In this document: positions 46,112 through 57,578 of the stretch, piece by piece | Layout: each line of letters begins with the position of its first letter | Numbering within the stretch: position 1 is the stretch's first letter | Assembly (NCBI GenBank): GCA_947625765.1 | Contig: CANQPP010000006.1 | Coordinates: 8,810 to 72,809 of the forward strand | Length of the DNA: 64,000 nt | Direction of reading: 5' to 3' | From: an uncultured Clostridia bacterium | GTDB taxonomy: Bacteria > Bacillota > Clostridia > Christensenellales > UBA1750 | The notes under the pieces: generated by a model | The model's database searches: none | Seen by the model: the letters and a program-made list of their open reading frames with translations, nothing else | What the model was told of the DNA's origin: nothing | Made by a program: the position numbers and the translations under genes

Positions 46112-49100
46112 TTACGCCTCCACGCGGATGCGGCTGCGGCCGCTCTCGCTTTCCACCAAAACGCGGGAGGTAAGCGTTTCGCGCAGGGCCTGCACGTGGG
46201 AGATGATGCCCACGCACTGGCTGCCCGCGCCGGAGAGCAGGAGCAGCTGCAGGGCGTCCTGCACGCTCTGGGCGTCCAGGGAGCCGAAGCCCTCGTCGAT
46301 GAACATGGACTCCACCTGCACGCCCCCGCGCAGGCCCTGCACCACCGCCTTGAGCGCCACGGACAGCGCCAGGGAGGCCAGGAACTTCTCGCCCCCGGAG
46401 AGGCTCTCCACGCTGCGGGGCTTGCCGGAAAAGGCGTCCAATACGTTCAGCTCCAGCCCGGACTTGCTGCGGCCGTCCCCTTCCAAAGAGGGTGCGAGCG
46501 CGTAGCGGCCGCCGTGCACCAGCGCCAGCAGCTCGTTGGCCCGGGCACAGACCGCGCCCAGCATCACGTGCAAGGCGTAGCGGGGCAGGCCGATGCCCTT
46601 CTCGCCCCGCAGCAGGCGGGCGAAGCGGTCCATCTTGCGGAAGACGCGCTCCGCTTCCCCCGCCTCCTTTTCCAGCCTCTCGGCCTTCTCCGCGTCCGCA
46701 GACAGGGAACGCAGGTCGGCGCGGGCCTCGGCGGCGCGGCTGAGCGCCTCCTCGTAGGCCGCGGAGGCGCTTGTCTCCCTTTCCGTCAGGGCCTCCATGT
46801 CCGGCGGCTGCGCCTCCCCCAGGGCCTCGTCCAGGCGGCGCAGCTGGGACTTAGCCAGCTCCAAGTCCATCGCGTAGCGGCCCACGGCCGCCTGCAGCGC
46901 CTGTATCTCCGTATCGGCCAGCACCGATGAGCGCAGGGCGTTTTCATCCCCAAAGCCGCTGTTCTTGGCCGCCTGTGCCGCGGCGCTCTCCGCAAGGAGA
47001 TACGCCTCCCGCGCGGCGTCCCGCTCCTGGACGCTTAAATTTGCCTCGGTCCGGGCCGCGCCCACGGCCAGGGAGGCGGCGTTCCGCGCGCTTTTTAAGA
47101 AGCGGTCCCGCTCGTCGCAGTCCTCGATCGCCTTCTTCTCTTTTTCGGCCGCCTTCTCCAGCGCGGCCAGGTCGGGGAGAGCCGGATCCAGCCGCCCCCG
47201 CAGCCCCTCCAGCGCCTCCCGCGCCAGGGCGCGCTCCTGCGCCGTTTGTGCCGCCGCTGACTGGGCGGCGGACAGGGCCGACAATGCGGCCTGCTGCCTT
47301 TTCTCCGCCTGGGGCAGCTTCCCCAAAAGCGCCTCGTGGGCCTGCCGGGCCTCCTCCGCCCGCGCAAAGGCGGCGCGCGCCTGCTCGCCCTCCTCCAGTG
47401 TGAAGGCGGGCAGGGCGGAGAGGCGGCCCCGTGCCTCCGTCTCCGCCGCGCGGGTCTTCTCCAGCTCGAGCTCCGCCCGGGCGAGCTGGCCCTCCCGCTC
47501 GGTGTATCCGGCCTGCGCGGCCTTTAGGGCCGCCTGGGCCGCGCGCAGGGCGGCCTGATTCCCGGCCCCTGCCGCCCCGTGGACGTGCGGATGCTCCCTG
47601 CTGCCGCAGACCGGGCAGGGCTCACCGGGCTTGAGGGTCGCGGCCAGCGCTCCGGCCGCGTTGGAGAGGTAGCGGTCCAGCTGCGCCTGCTGCTCCGCCT
47701 GCGCTTTTTTCAGCGTCTGTTCCGCGTCCCGCGCCGCCCGCTGCGCTTCCCTTTGCGTTCTTTCTGCCTCTGTCAGCTGCTCCGCCGCTTCCCGGCTTCC
47801 CTGCAGCGCGGCCCGGAAGGCGTCTGCCTGGTCCCGCCGCAGGCGCAGGGACTCGTAGGGCTTCAGGTATTCCTCCCGCAGCCGGTCCCGCTCCGCGCGC
47901 AGGGCGTCCAGCGCCTTGCCCGCCTGGGCCGCCTCCGCCTGCGCAGCCTTTAGGCTCCGCTCGGCCTCCGTCTCGGCCCTGCCCGCCCGCTCCAGGCGCG
48001 CGCGGGCGTCCCGCAGGGCTGCGTAGTCGCCCCGCAATGACAGGAGGCGGGCCAGCCGCGCCCGCCGCTCGGGCTGGGCCTCCCGTTCGGGCGCAAAGGC
48101 CTCGTCCGCCTGCGCTGCTTCCGTTTCGCGCCGCAGCGCTTCCGTAAGGGCGCTCTCCGCCCTTTGGCAGGCCTGCTCCCGCTCCGCCTGCGCCTTTGCC
48201 GCGTCGTCCCGCTTGAGGAGTGCGGGCAGTGCCTCCCGGGCGGCCAGCGCGCGGCGCAGGCGTTCCTTTTGGGCCTCGTTCTCCCCGGCTTTTGCCTGCA
48301 GAGCCTCCAAATGCGCACGGGCCTGCCGCCGGGCCTCCAGGCTTTCCTGCAGGGCGCGGCCGGTATTCAAGTCCTCGCGGGCGGCCTGCGCAGCCTCGCG
48401 CAGGGCGCTCACGGCCCGCTCGCCCTCGCGCAGCGCCTTTTCCATCTCGTCCCGGCCCGCCCGCAGCGCCGCAGCGCTCTGTGCCTTGTGCGTATCCAGA
48501 CAGGCGGACAGCTCCGCGTGCAGCGCCCGCTGCTTCTCGCCCTGCTCCTTGGCCACCGCAAGCAGCTTCTCGCAGATGCGCAGATAGTCGCTCACGTCGA
48601 ACAGCGTCCGCAGGATCTCTTCCTTCTCGCCGGACTTGGCCACCAGAAAGCGCTCGAACTTGCCCTGGGGCAGCAGCGCCACCCGGCAGAACTGCTCGGC
48701 GGTCAGGCCCAGTATCTGTTCGGCCAGCTCCCGCACGCGGGCGGCCGTGGGGTTGGCGAGCAGGGGCAGGAAGCCGTCCTCCTCCAGGCGCAGGGCGTTC
48801 TGGCGGATGCGGTACTCCACGTCCCCGCTGCGCTTGCGGTGCACGCTCAAATCGCGGGTAAAGAGGTATTCCCGCCCCTTATGGGCGAAGCGCAGGGAGA
48901 TGTGGGTGGGCGTCTCGTCCCCAGCGCTCTGGCAGCGCAGCAGCTCCAACCGATCCCGCCCGCCGCCGGTGCTCTGGCCGTAGAGGGCAAAGCACAGGGC
49001 ATCCAGCAGCATCGTCTTGCCGGAGCCCGTCTCCCCGCAGATGAGGAACAGCCCGTTTAATGGGCGAAAGTCCAGCGTCTGCCGGGTCAGGTAGGGACCG

Positions 49101-49132
49101 AAGCCCTCCACGCACAGCTCAAGCGGGCGCAT
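46112..49132 (-). CDS. sbcC: SbcC/Rad50-family ATPase (exonuclease SbcCD subunit C)
   Basis: Walker A GETGSGKT, a long Ala/Glu/Arg coiled coil with a CPVCGS zinc hook, an LSGGE signature, and Walker B MFIDEGFGSLD. Confidence 0.88.
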   Translation of the reverse strand: MRPLELCVEGFGPYLTRQTLDFRPLNGLFLICGETGSGKTMLLDALCFALYGQSTGGGRDRLELLRCQSAGDETPTHISLRFAHKGREYLFTRDLSVHRKRSGDVEYRIRQNALRLEEDGFLPLLANPTAARVRELAEQILGLTAEQFCRVALLPQGKFERFLVAKSGEKEEILRTLFDVSDYLRICEKLLAVAKEQGEKQRALHAELSACLDTHKAQSAAALRAGRDEMEKALREGERAVSALREAAQAAREDLNTGRALQESLEARRQARAHLEALQAKAGENEAQKERLRRALAAREALPALLKRDDAAKAQAEREQACQRAESALTEALRRETEAAQADEAFAPEREAQPERRARLARLLSLRGDYAALRDARARLERAGRAETEAERSLKAAQAEAAQAGKALDALRAERDRLREEYLKPYESLRLRRDQADAFRAALQGSREAAEQLTEAERTQREAQRAARDAEQTLKKAQAEQQAQLDRYLSNAAGALAATLKPGEPCPVCGSREHPHVHGAAGAGNQAALRAAQAALKAAQAGYTEREGQLARAELELEKTRAAETEARGRLSALPAFTLEEGEQARAAFARAEEARQAHEALLGKLPQAEKRQQAALSALSAAQSAAAQTAQERALAREALEGLRGRLDPALPDLAALEKAAEKEKKAIEDCDERDRFLKSARNAASLAVGAARTEANLSVQERDAAREAYLLAESAAAQAAKNSGFGDENALRSSVLADTEIQALQAAVGRYAMDLELAKSQLRRLDEALGEAQPPDMEALTERETSASAAYEEALSRAAEARADLRSLSADAEKAERLEKEAGEAERVFRKMDRFARLLRGEKGIGLPRYALHVMLGAVCARANELLALVHGGRYALAPSLEGDGRSKSGLELNVLDAFSGKPRSVESLSGGEKFLASLALSVALKAVVQGLRGGVQVESMFIDEGFGSLDAQSVQDALQLLLLSGAGSQCVGIISHVQALRETLTSRVLVESESGRSRIRVEA

Positions 49133-50240
49133 TTCTCTCCCCTCCTTCCTCCATGGCCTGGCGGAACCAGGCGCTCTCCTCCTCGTCCAGCTCCTCGTCC
49201 TCCACCTCGCGCAGGTACCTCTGCACCAGCGCCAGGGGCGAGAGGGCCGAGAGCGCCTCCGGACCCAGCTCCACGCTGCCCGCGCGCACCGCGCGGCCGC
49301 GCAGCAGGAGCAGGTGGGGCAAACATTCCCGCAGTTCGCGCTCCAAGGCGTGGTCCACGGCGCGGTCGGTGAGCGTTAAGGACCAGAAGGCCTCGCTGCC
49401 CCTTTGTTGCCGGGCAAGCTCCAGCAGCGCCTCCGCGGGGCCGCTCTTTTCGACCAGCTCATAGGGCGCGGGCAGGGGCAGAACGCGCAGGCTCCCATCT
49501 TTCGTATCGTACAGCGTGCAGCTCTTCGCCTGCCCGCTCTCCGCAAAGGAGTAGGGCAGGGGCGAGCCCGCATAGCGCACGAAGCCGCCAAGCGTCTGGG
49601 GCCCGTGCAGATGGCCCAGGGCGACGTAGTCGAAGCCCTCGAAGGCGGAAACGGGCGTCCGGGCGCTGCCGCCGACCAGGGCGCTGCGGTCGGAGCCCGC
49701 CGCCTCCCCGCCCGCGGCGAAGCAGTGGGCCAGCAGCACGCGGCGGCGGTCCCCCACGGGGCTCTGCAAAAAGCCCTGCAAAACCGCCTCCATCGCGGCG
49801 GCCATGCCGGGCAGCTCCCGGCCCGGGAAGTAGTAGCGCGCCTCGTCCGCGCCGAAGTGGGGCAAAAGGAAGAAGGCGCACTCGTCCGTCAGCAGCGGCG
49901 GGGCGAAGGGGTCCAGCCGCCCGGCCACGTGGAAGTGCAGGCGGCGCAGCACGCTGCGCAGGGAGCCCAGCCGCGGGGCGGCGTCGTGGTTGCCCGCGAT
50001 CAGGTAGACGGGCAGGCCCAGGTCGTTGACGAACAGGGCCATGGCCTCGTCGTAGAGGGCGATGGCCTCCGGCGCGGCCTGCACCCGGTCGAACACGTCG
50101 CCGCTCAGGAGCAGCGCGTCCGCCTTCTCCCTTTGGGCCAGCTCCGCGATGGCGCGGACGATCTGTTCCTGATAGTCGAGCAGGTCCACGCCGTGCAGCT
50201 GCAGACCCAAGTGCCAGTCCGCGGTGTGCAAGAGCCGCAT
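49119..50240 (-). CDS. sbcD: Exonuclease SbcCD subunit D (Mre11-like)
   Basis: MRLLHTADWHLG, SGDVFD, IAGNHD and GHLHG phosphoesterase motifs. It overlaps the sbcC start by 14 nt. Confidence 0.9.
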   Translation of the reverse strand: MRLLHTADWHLGLQLHGVDLLDYQEQIVRAIAELAQREKADALLLSGDVFDRVQAAPEAIALYDEAMALFVNDLGLPVYLIAGNHDAAPRLGSLRSVLRRLHFHVAGRLDPFAPPLLTDECAFFLLPHFGADEARYYFPGRELPGMAAAMEAVLQGFLQSPVGDRRRVLLAHCFAAGGEAAGSDRSALVGGSARTPVSAFEGFDYVALGHLHGPQTLGGFVRYAGSPLPYSFAESGQAKSCTLYDTKDGSLRVLPLPAPYELVEKSGPAEALLELARQQRGSEAFWSLTLTDRAVDHALERELRECLPHLLLLRGRAVRAGSVELGPEALSALSPLALVQRYLREVEDEELDEEESAWFRQAMEEGGERNAPA

Positions 50241-50332
50241 CGCAGCCTCTCCCCCTCTCCTTGTCGCTCAAAAGCCGCTGCGTTGAAAGAAGGCGCGCGT
50301 ATGCCCGCGCGCCTTTCCGTTTGTGTTTCCCT

Positions 50333-51367
50333 TTACAGCCCCAGCTGCTTTTCCAGCCAGGGGTAGAACGTGTTGTAGTCCTCGCGGCTGAGGAAGTGCG
50401 TCCCCGTCCGCAGGTGGTAGCCCACGCCGCCCCCGTGCAGCCGGAAGGGCTGCCCGAAGTCCGGCAGGGGAGCGCCTTCGTCGAACGCCAGTCCGCTTGC
50501 AAAGGCGGGGCTGGCCGCGCACATCCCTAAGAACTCGTTCCGGGGCCAGGCCCAAAGGTCGCCTATGGCGCTGCCGCAGTACAGGGGCCGGGGCGCGGTC
50601 AGGGCCAGAAGGAAGTGCTGGTCGAAGGGCATGCCCTCCTCGTTCCCCGCATACTTCTCGTAGGCAGGCACGAACCAGTGGGGGAACACGCGGTAGATGT
50701 CCGCGACGGTCTCCCCTTCCTTCCTGCGGGAAAGGGAAGTCCCCGCGCAGCCGGACTCGTTGGCGTAGCAGACGTCCACGCGGCCGTCGTTGGCCGAGCA
50801 CCACAGGGCCGTCTTGCCTAGGCGGGAGTGGCCGATCAGCACGATGGGCAGCGAGCGGGTGTCCTCGCGGGTCTTCAGGTAGTCGATCGTGCGGCTCACG
50901 GCGTAGGCCCACAGGGAGATCTTGGAGGTGGTCCTGTGGTCAAAGTCCTCGCCGATAAAGCGGGCGGCCAGGCCGTCGCAGCCGTTCGTGTCGTCGGAGC
51001 TCACGTCCAGGTAACAGAGCTGGCAGACGGCGTAGCCGCTGTCCACGATCTCCTCGGTCAAACAATACTCGTTGGGCAGCTCCCGCTTAAAGCTCAGGTG
51101 GAACAGAAGGGCCTTGGGCTGCACGCGGGGCAGCGTCAGAAGGATGGGCATGCAGAAGTCGCCGTCCGCAAAGTGCAGGGAAAGGCGCACGCTCTGCCGC
51201 ACGGCCTTGCCGGCGCAGTCGTCCTCCCGCGTTTCCAGCACCTGGCCGCTCACGGGCACGGGCGCGGGCAGGGGGCCGAACACCTCCTGCTCAAACAAAT
51301 GCAGCATCTCCTCCCTGTCCCGCAGCGGGGGCAGGCGCAGCTCGTCCAGGGCTTGCCGAATGGTCAT
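50333..51367 (-). CDS. Alpha/beta hydrolase, glucuronoyl-esterase (CE15)-like
   Basis: LWAYAVSRTIDYL and GHSRLGKTALW resemble the CE15 G-C/H-S-R-x-G nucleophile region. The assignment is by motif memory only. Confidence 0.5.
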   Translation of the reverse strand: MTIRQALDELRLPPLRDREEMLHLFEQEVFGPLPAPVPVSGQVLETREDDCAGKAVRQSVRLSLHFADGDFCMPILLTLPRVQPKALLFHLSFKRELPNEYCLTEEIVDSGYAVCQLCYLDVSSDDTNGCDGLAARFIGEDFDHRTTSKISLWAYAVSRTIDYLKTREDTRSLPIVLIGHSRLGKTALWCSANDGRVDVCYANESGCAGTSLSRRKEGETVADIYRVFPHWFVPAYEKYAGNEEGMPFDQHFLLALTAPRPLYCGSAIGDLWAWPRNEFLGMCAASPAFASGLAFDEGAPLPDFGQPFRLHGGGVGYHLRTGTHFLSREDYNTFYPWLEKQLGL

Positions 51368-51426
51368 CTTGTCCGCTCTCCTTCACTATTCAAAGGGATG
51401 TCAGGGGCAGTTGAGAAGCGAAACGC

Positions 51427-51861
51427 TCACTTTTCCTCCAGGATCGAGGTGCAGTGGGGGCAGCGGGTGGCGTCCTCGGCGATCTCGCTGCGGCAGTAGG
51501 GGCAAAGGCGCGGGGGCGCGGCGGCCTCGGCGGCCGCTTCGGCCTTGCGGCCGCGCTCCTTGGCGGCGTTGAGCAGCTTGACGAACAGGAACACGCTCAG
51601 GGCGATCAGCAGGAAGTTGATCACGGCGGCGATGAAGTTGCCGTAGGCAAACACGGCGGCGTCCTCGCCGCTGCCAAGAGGGATGGCCAGGGCGCTGAAG
51701 TCCATGCCCCGGGTCAGGAGCGAGAGCACGGGCATGAACAGGTCGCCCACCAGGGAATTGACGATGGCGGTGAACGCGGAGCCGATGATGACGCCGACGG
51801 CCATGTCGATCACGTTGCCGCGCATGGCAAAGGCCTTGAACTCTTGCAGAAACTTACGCAT
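51427..51861 (-). CDS. mscL: Large-conductance mechanosensitive channel with a C-terminal CxxC...CxxC tail
   Basis: FKAFAMRGNVIDMAVGVIIGSAFTAIVNSLVGDLFMP is the MscL signature. The tail reads CPYCRSEIAEDATRCPHCTS. Confidence 0.92.
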   Translation of the reverse strand: MRKFLQEFKAFAMRGNVIDMAVGVIIGSAFTAIVNSLVGDLFMPVLSLLTRGMDFSALAIPLGSGEDAAVFAYGNFIAAVINFLLIALSVFLFVKLLNAAKERGRKAEAAAEAAAPPRLCPYCRSEIAEDATRCPHCTSILEEK

Positions 51862-52127
51862 GGAAAACGCACATCCTCCGTTTTGATTTTCAGGGCCGCG
51901 CGGCCGCTTGTTCTCGCCGCCGCTTCCCCGGTATTGTCACAACAGAAGCATATCCCAAAGCCTCCCCGCTTGTCAAGGCGAAAGCCTTCTCTCCCTTCTT
52001 TTTTTGAGCCCCTTCCCTGTTTTTATAGTAATTTTTTGGAAAAACGCGCCTTTTGCCTTGGCATTTCCCTTATCTTCCTGTATACTGAAAAATTGGCAGA
52101 AAGTATACGAAAGCGAGGTCATTCCTC

Positions 52128-53321
52128 ATGGAAAGATTGGTCGGCACCGTATCCAGGGGCATCCGCGCTCCCATCATCCGCCAGGGCGACGACATCGCGC
52201 AGATCGTGGTCGACAGCGTGCTTGCCGCCGCTGAGAGCGAGGGTTTTGCCCTGCGCGACCGCGACGTGGTGGCCGTGACCGAGGCCGTCGTGGCCAGGGC
52301 CCAGGGCAACTACGCCAGCTGCGATCAGATCGCCAAGGATGTGAAGGCCAAGTTCGGTGAGGACGCCTGTGTGGGCGTCGTGTTCCCGATCCTGAGCCGC
52401 AACCGCTTCGCCATTTGTTTAAAGGGCATCGCTATGGGCGTGCGCAAGGTGGTGCTCATGCTCTCCTTCCCGGCGGACGAGGTGGGCAACCACCTGATCA
52501 GCCTGGACCAGCTGGACGAAAAGGGCGTCGATCCCTGGCGCGACGTGCTCACGGAAGAAAAGTACCGCGAGCTGTTCGGGCGCACCGTCCACCGCTTCAC
52601 CGGCGTGGATTACATCGAGTATTACAAAGAGCTGATCCGCTCCGCCGGCGCGGAGGTGGAGGTGGTGCTGGCCAACGACTGCCGCGCCATCCTGGACTAC
52701 ACCAAGGACGTGCTCCTCTGCGACATCCACACCCGCGCCCGCTCCAAGCGCCTGGTCAAGCAGGCGGGCGGAAATATCGTGTTGGGTTTGGACGACATAC
52801 TGACCGCCCCCGTGGACGGCAGCGGATATAATGAGCAGTACGGGCTTTTGGGCAGCAACAAGGCCACGGAGGACAAGGTCAAGCTCTTCCCCCGCGACTG
52901 CGCGCCCGTGGTGGCCCGCATCCAGGAGGGCCTGCGCGCCCGCAGCGGCAAGCAGGTCGAGGTGATGGTCTACGGCGACGGCGCCTTCAAGGACCCCGTT
53001 GGCAAGATCTGGGAGCTGGCCGACCCGGTCGTCTCCCCCTGCTATACCCCCGGTCTCGACGGCCAGCCCAACGAGGTGAAGCTCAAGTACCTGGCCGACA
53101 ACGAGTTCGGCGACCTGCAGGGCGAGGAACTGCGGGAAGCCATCTCCGATTACATCCGCAAGAAGGACGAGGACCTCGTGGGCAAGATGGTCTCCGAAGG
53201 CACCACGCCCCGCCGCCTGACCGACCTGATCGGCTCCTTGTGCGACTTGACCTCCGGCAGCGGCGACAAGGGCACGCCCATCGTGCTGGTCCAAGGCTAT
53301 TTCGACAACTACACCAAATAA
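52128..53321 (+). CDS. CofE-like (F420-0:gamma-glutamyl ligase family) domain protein
   Basis: N-terminal GDDIAQIVVDSV...LRDRDVVAVTEAVVARAQGN resembles the CofE-family fold motif. At 397 aa it is longer than canonical CofE. Confidence 0.55.
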   Translation: MERLVGTVSRGIRAPIIRQGDDIAQIVVDSVLAAAESEGFALRDRDVVAVTEAVVARAQGNYASCDQIAKDVKAKFGEDACVGVVFPILSRNRFAICLKGIAMGVRKVVLMLSFPADEVGNHLISLDQLDEKGVDPWRDVLTEEKYRELFGRTVHRFTGVDYIEYYKELIRSAGAEVEVVLANDCRAILDYTKDVLLCDIHTRARSKRLVKQAGGNIVLGLDDILTAPVDGSGYNEQYGLLGSNKATEDKVKLFPRDCAPVVARIQEGLRARSGKQVEVMVYGDGAFKDPVGKIWELADPVVSPCYTPGLDGQPNEVKLKYLADNEFGDLQGEELREAISDYIRKKDEDLVGKMVSEGTTPRRLTDLIGSLCDLTSGSGDKGTPIVLVQGYFDNYTK

Positions 53322-53338
53322 GCGCATTCCTTGAAGCG

Positions 53339-53380
53339 GTCCCGGCGGGGCGTTTCTCCCTGCCGGGGACCTTCTTTTTC
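53339..53380 (+). terminator. Terminator after the CofE-like gene
   Basis: ggtcccggcgggg-cgtttct-ccctgccggggacc (one bulge) followed by ttcttttt. Confidence 0.5.
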
Positions 53381-53413
53381 ACGCAGACAGCCCCAAGTTT
53401 CTGCGGGGGGATC

Positions 53414-53660
53414 GCCAAGGGGGGCAAAGCCCCCCTTGGCTTAGCGCCGGGTGTCGGGGAGCGAACGGCCCTTTGGGCCGTCCGTTCCCCGACACCCGGC
53501 AGGCGGGGGAAGGGGATACCCCTTCCCCCGCACCCCTAACCCCATCCACATTCAAGCCCCTGCTCCTATTTTTCGCAGACGCTTCGGCAAGCTCGGGGGG
53601 ATTGCAAAGGGGGAGCGCCCCCTTTGCCTGCGGCCGGGATCCCGCCTTCGGCGGGACCCC
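53414..53660. repeat. Cluster of five GC-rich perfect or near-perfect hairpins (REP-like)
   Basis: gccaaggggggc/gccccccttggc (53414-53440). A 15-bp outer stem gccgggtgtcgggga/tccccgacacccggc (53446-53500). gggggaagggg/ccccttccccc (53505-53529). gcaaaggggg/ccccctttgc (53604-53627). tcccgcc/ggcggga (53635-53660). Confidence 0.65.
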
Positions 53661-53688
53661 GGCCCAACACTTTTTTCATTTATTCAAA

Positions 53689-53728
53689 GGAACGCCGCCC
53701 GGTCAACAAGTTGACCGGGCGGCGTTCC
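53689..53728 (-). terminator. Terminator after dnaJ
   Basis: A 19-bp perfect stem ggaacgccgcccggtcaac-aa-gttgaccgggcggcgttcc, 50 bp after the dnaJ stop. A T-run follows on the minus strand. Confidence 0.7.
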
Positions 53729-53778
53729 ATCCGCAAGATCAATTGCCGGGGCTTGCTTCTTTCGCGGACGTTGGTCCA

Positions 53779-54900
53779 CTACTCGAACCACTTACGCTTC
53801 TTGCCCCCGGCCTTGCCGCCCATCGCCTCGTCGAAGGCGTGCAGCGCCTGGCGCTGCTTCTCGTTGAGCCTCTTGGGCACCTCCACCTTCAGCGTGACCA
53901 GCAGGTCGCCCCTCGCGCCGCCGCGCAGGGCGGGCACGCCCTGGCCCTTGATGCGCAGGACGGTATCCGGCTGTGTGCCCTCGTAGAGCGTCTCCTTCAC
54001 GGGCTCGCCCTGCAACACAGGGATCTCGATCTCGCCGCCCAGCGCTGCCTGGGCGAAGGAGATCACCTTCTCCGTGTACAGCGTCTGCCCGTCGCGCTTG
54101 AAGTCGCGGTTGGGCTTTACGTCGATGCCGATGAACAGGTCGCCCGCGGGGCCGCCCTTGCGGCCGGGCTCGCCCTCGCCGCGGAGCGTGAGCATCTGCC
54201 CCTGGTCGATGCCGGCGGGCACGGTCACGGTGATGTTCCTCTGCCGCCGCTCGGTGCCCCGGCCACCGCACTTTTCGCAGGGCTGTTCGATGATCTTGCC
54301 CTCTCCCTTGCAGGTGGGGCAGGGTCTGGACGTCTGGAAGCGCCCGAAGGCGGTGTTCTGCACCTGGGTCACCTGGCCTGTGCCGTGGCACTGGGGGCAG
54401 GTCTTGGGCTGCGTGCCCGCCTTGGCGCCGGTCCCGTGGCAGCTTTCGCAGTTTTCGTTGCGCAGGATGGAGATCTCGCGCTTGCAGCCGAAGACGGCCT
54501 CCTCAAACTTGAGGCTGATGTTGTAGCGCAGGTCCGCGCCCCTCTCGGGGCCGCTGCGCTGCCTGTTGCCGCCAAAGCCGAAGCCGCCGCCGAAGGCCCC
54601 GCCGAACAAGTCCTGGAATATATCGCCCACGTCGCCCGAAAAGCCGCCGAAGCCCTGGCCGTAGCCGCCGCCCATGCCCGGCTCCTCGTGGCCGAACTGG
54701 TCGTATCTCTGCCGCTTCGCGGGGTCGGACAGCGTCTCGTAGGCCTCGTTGACCTCCTTGAAGTTGGCCTCCGCCACCTTGTCGCCGGGGTTCAGGTCCG
54801 GGTGATACTTCTTCGCCAGCTTGCGATAGGCGCTCTTGATCTCCGCGTCCGACGCGCCCTTGTCCACGCCCAAAACCTCGTAATAATCACGCTTGGCCAT
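53779..54900 (-). CDS. dnaJ: Molecular chaperone DnaJ
   Basis: [12 protein letters not shown]...KKYHPD J-domain, a G/F-rich linker, and four CxxCxGxG zinc-finger repeats. Confidence 0.97.
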   Translation of the reverse strand: MAKRDYYEVLGVDKGASDAEIKSAYRKLAKKYHPDLNPGDKVAEANFKEVNEAYETLSDPAKRQRYDQFGHEEPGMGGGYGQGFGGFSGDVGDIFQDLFGGAFGGGFGFGGNRQRSGPERGADLRYNISLKFEEAVFGCKREISILRNENCESCHGTGAKAGTQPKTCPQCHGTGQVTQVQNTAFGRFQTSRPCPTCKGEGKIIEQPCEKCGGRGTERRQRNITVTVPAGIDQGQMLTLRGEGEPGRKGGPAGDLFIGIDVKPNRDFKRDGQTLYTEKVISFAQAALGGEIEIPVLQGEPVKETLYEGTQPDTVLRIKGQGVPALRGGARGDLLVTLKVEVPKRLNEKQRQALHAFDEAMGGKAGGKKRKWFE

Positions 54901-55033
54901 CCGCCGCTTCTTCCTCTCCGGCCGGGGAGCCGCCTTGCCGATGAAGGCGCCCGGCCCGCTGTTTGCTCATGCGTCCAAAGGGCGCGCGGAGTTTTCCCCC
55001 GCGCGTCCGTTTGGCACTTACTGCTTGTATTTC

Positions 55034-56938
<1,905 letters not shown>

Positions 56939-56984
56939 TTATGCTCGTCGTCCCTTCCTTATGAAAGGAACGGGTCTTTTGTCC

Positions 56985-57578
56985 TTACTTTGCCACCTTC
57001 ACCATGGCGTAGCGGATCACCTTGCCGCGCACGGAGTAGCCGCTCTGGAACACCTCCATCACGGTTCCGGCCTCGTTTTTTTCGTCCGCCTCGCCGGTCA
57101 TGACGGCGTTGTGCATCTCCGGGTCGAAGGGCTTGCCCTTTTCGCAGGGCACCTTCTCCATCCCGAGCTTGGCAAGGGCGTCCATCATGCCCTTTAAGGT
57201 CATCTCAACGCCGGAGCGTAAGGGGCTTTCCTCGTCGGAGGCCGCCAGCGCCCGCTCCAGGTTGTCGAGCGTGGGCAGCAGTGCCAGGACGCTCATGCGC
57301 ACGCCCTCGTCCTCGGCGTCGGTGCGCAGGGTGGCGTTGCGCTTGCGGTAGTTGTCGAACTCGGCCTGCACGCGCTTGGCCATGTTCAGGTACTCGTCCC
57401 GCTGGGCCTTGGTCTCCTCGAACTGGCGCGAGGCCTCCTCCAGCTGTTTGCGGTCCACGGTGATGGTCTCGCTCTGCTGAGTCTCCTTCGGTTCGTTGGG
57501 CTGCTCGGCCGTTTCGGTCGGAGCTTCCTTCTCGGGCTGCTCCTCCGGCTTTACGGCCTTGTCCTTATCCTTCTTCAT
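56985..57578 (-). CDS. grpE: Nucleotide exchange factor GrpE
   Basis: Acidic/Lys-rich N-terminus, RVQAEFDNYRKR, and a C-terminal beta domain (HNAVM...GY...GKVIRYAMV). Confidence 0.95.
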   Translation of the reverse strand: MKKDKDKAVKPEEQPEKEAPTETAEQPNEPKETQQSETITVDRKQLEEASRQFEETKAQRDEYLNMAKRVQAEFDNYRKRNATLRTDAEDEGVRMSVLALLPTLDNLERALAASDEESPLRSGVEMTLKGMMDALAKLGMEKVPCEKGKPFDPEMHNAVMTGEADEKNEAGTVMEVFQSGYSVRGKVIRYAMVKVAK

